A stretch of DNA of 64,000 bases from Anaeramoeba ignava BMAN. Taxonomy: Eukaryota > Protista > Anaeramoebae. Below, one piece after another: positions 62,929 through 64,000 of the stretch. The stretch lies in contig JAPDFW010000070.1 in NCBI GenBank assembly GCA_028826165.1, positions 62,001 through 126,000 of the forward strand, read 5' to 3'. Made by a program: the position numbers and the translations under genes. The notes under the pieces were generated by a model. That model was not told where the DNA came from, did not search any database, and saw nothing but the letters and a program-made list of their open reading frames with translations. Every line of letters starts with the position of its first letter. The first letter of the stretch is position 1.

Positions 62929-64000
62929 ATGATTAATTATGCAAATTTAGAAAAACTTTCAAATAATTTAAAAAATTTATTTATAAACGAAAACCAAGAA
63001 GAAAATTATTTCGATTTTGAAATAATTTGCCAACAAACTCAGAAAAAAAAACCATTTTCATTTAAAACTCATAAATCAATTCTTTCATCAAGAAGTCAAT
63101 ATTTTAAATCACTTTTCAATTCCAAAATGAAAGAATATCAAGAAAATAAATTGGTTCTTCAAGATTTTTCAACTTCAATTATAGCACTCATTTTAAAATA
63201 TCTTTATTCAGGAAAAATTGAAATTAATTTAGGAAATGCAATTGAAATTTTAATTTTTTCATCGAAATATTTAATTGAAGAATTAATTGAAATTAGTTCA
63301 AAGTTTATCAAAAATAATTTACAAATGGAAACTGTTGTTGATGTTCTTGAACTATCTGATTCAATGAATCTAAAGGAGTTGTTTGATTTTTCGTATCAAT
63401 TCATTTTGGAAAATTTCGAAAAATTGATGAAAACTGCGTTTTTTCTTGAACTTGAAGAAGATCGTTTGAATTCCATTTTATCAAATGATCGAATTTCAAT
63501 AAATCAATTTGAATTATTCCAATCAATAATAAAATGGGGGAAACACAAATCAAATATTAATCAAGAAAAAGAAATGGGAAAAGAAGAAAAAGAGCAATTA
63601 CAAAACCAAATCTCAGATATTATTCACAAAATCAGATTTATCGATTTTTCGAAAAAAGAACTTGAAAATTCTTTGAAAGAAGATTTAATTCCAAATCAAA
63701 TTTCACAAAAATTGATCCAATTCCAAAATCTCCAAAGCAATTATCAGAAAAATCAAAAAGAATTAAAAGAACTTATTGAACAAGAAAATTTAAATTTAAA
63801 TTTAAATTCGAATTTGAATTCCTTCATTTTCAAATCAAAAATTGAACTTCGAACCAAATCATCAATAATTCAAGAACAAGAACATTTTGAAAAGTTAAAA
63901 GAATGGATAAAGGATAATAATTATTTTTCCAAAATGAAATTGGGATTCTCAGCGAAAAGGGATGGATTTGGTTGTAAAAAACTACATTCAATTTGCGATA
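62929..64000 (+). CDS. BTB-BACK-TLDc protein (3'-truncated by the window end; absent from the ORF track)
   Basis: MINYANLEKLS..YFDFEI..FKTHKSILSSRSQYFKSLF..LKYLYSG..ELFQSIIKWG..KLKEWI..FSAKRDGF, open to the end of the window. Confidence 0.88.
   Translation, partial: MINYANLEKLSNNLKNLFINENQEENYFDFEIICQQTQKKKPFSFKTHKSILSSRSQYFKSLFNSKMKEYQENKLVLQDFSTSIIALILKYLYSGKIEINLGNAIEILIFSSKYLIEELIEISSKFIKNNLQMETVVDVLELSDSMNLKELFDFSYQFILENFEKLMKTAFFLELEEDRLNSILSNDRISINQFELFQSIIKWGKHKSNINQEKEMGKEEKEQLQNQISDIIHKIRFIDFSKKELENSLKEDLIPNQISQKLIQFQNLQSNYQKNQKELKELIEQENLNLNLNSNLNSFIFKSKIELRTKSSIIQEQEHFEKLKEWIKDNNYFSKMKLGFSAKRDGFGCKKLHSICD

Noticed and set aside
1-64000. Inteins, transposases, reverse transcriptases, tRNA or rRNA genes
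   Set aside because: No Hint (C...HN), LAGLIDADG, DDE or RT motifs and no structured-RNA signatures were recognised by eye.

Overview
This is an extremely AT-rich, gene-dense eukaryotic (protist) window with GT-AG spliceosomal introns. The expanded ankyrin-, RCC1- and TLDc-BTB genes, N/Q microsatellite inserts and TCATTTT initiator-like motifs resemble Anaeramoeba-type metamonads, which is an inference only. About 24 protein genes can be reconstructed by hand. They include a lipase, a C2/CEP76-like protein, PRC1/MAP65, LicD, a Rab, ATE1, a countin-like protein, Exo70, CK2 alpha, an ABHD17-like hydrolase, an inactive pepsin-like protein, DUF4291, an FG-GAP/FN3 receptor and eight BTB-domain genes or fragments. 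Many apparent frameshifts sit in homopolymers or microsatellites and are probably consensus errors. The standout is a minus-strand ankyrin-BTB gene at about 53414-57508 that is almost invisible in the ORF track. It has about 30 exons, 16 of them single-codon (3-nt) microexons of the form AG|NNN|GT. Nearly all of these encode the hypervariable beta-hairpin 'xx' residues of the ankyrin repeats, including an array of seven in the first loop. This is a candidate splicing-based diversifier of a Cullin-3-type substrate receptor. No rRNA, tRNA, CRISPR array or recognisable transposon was found.
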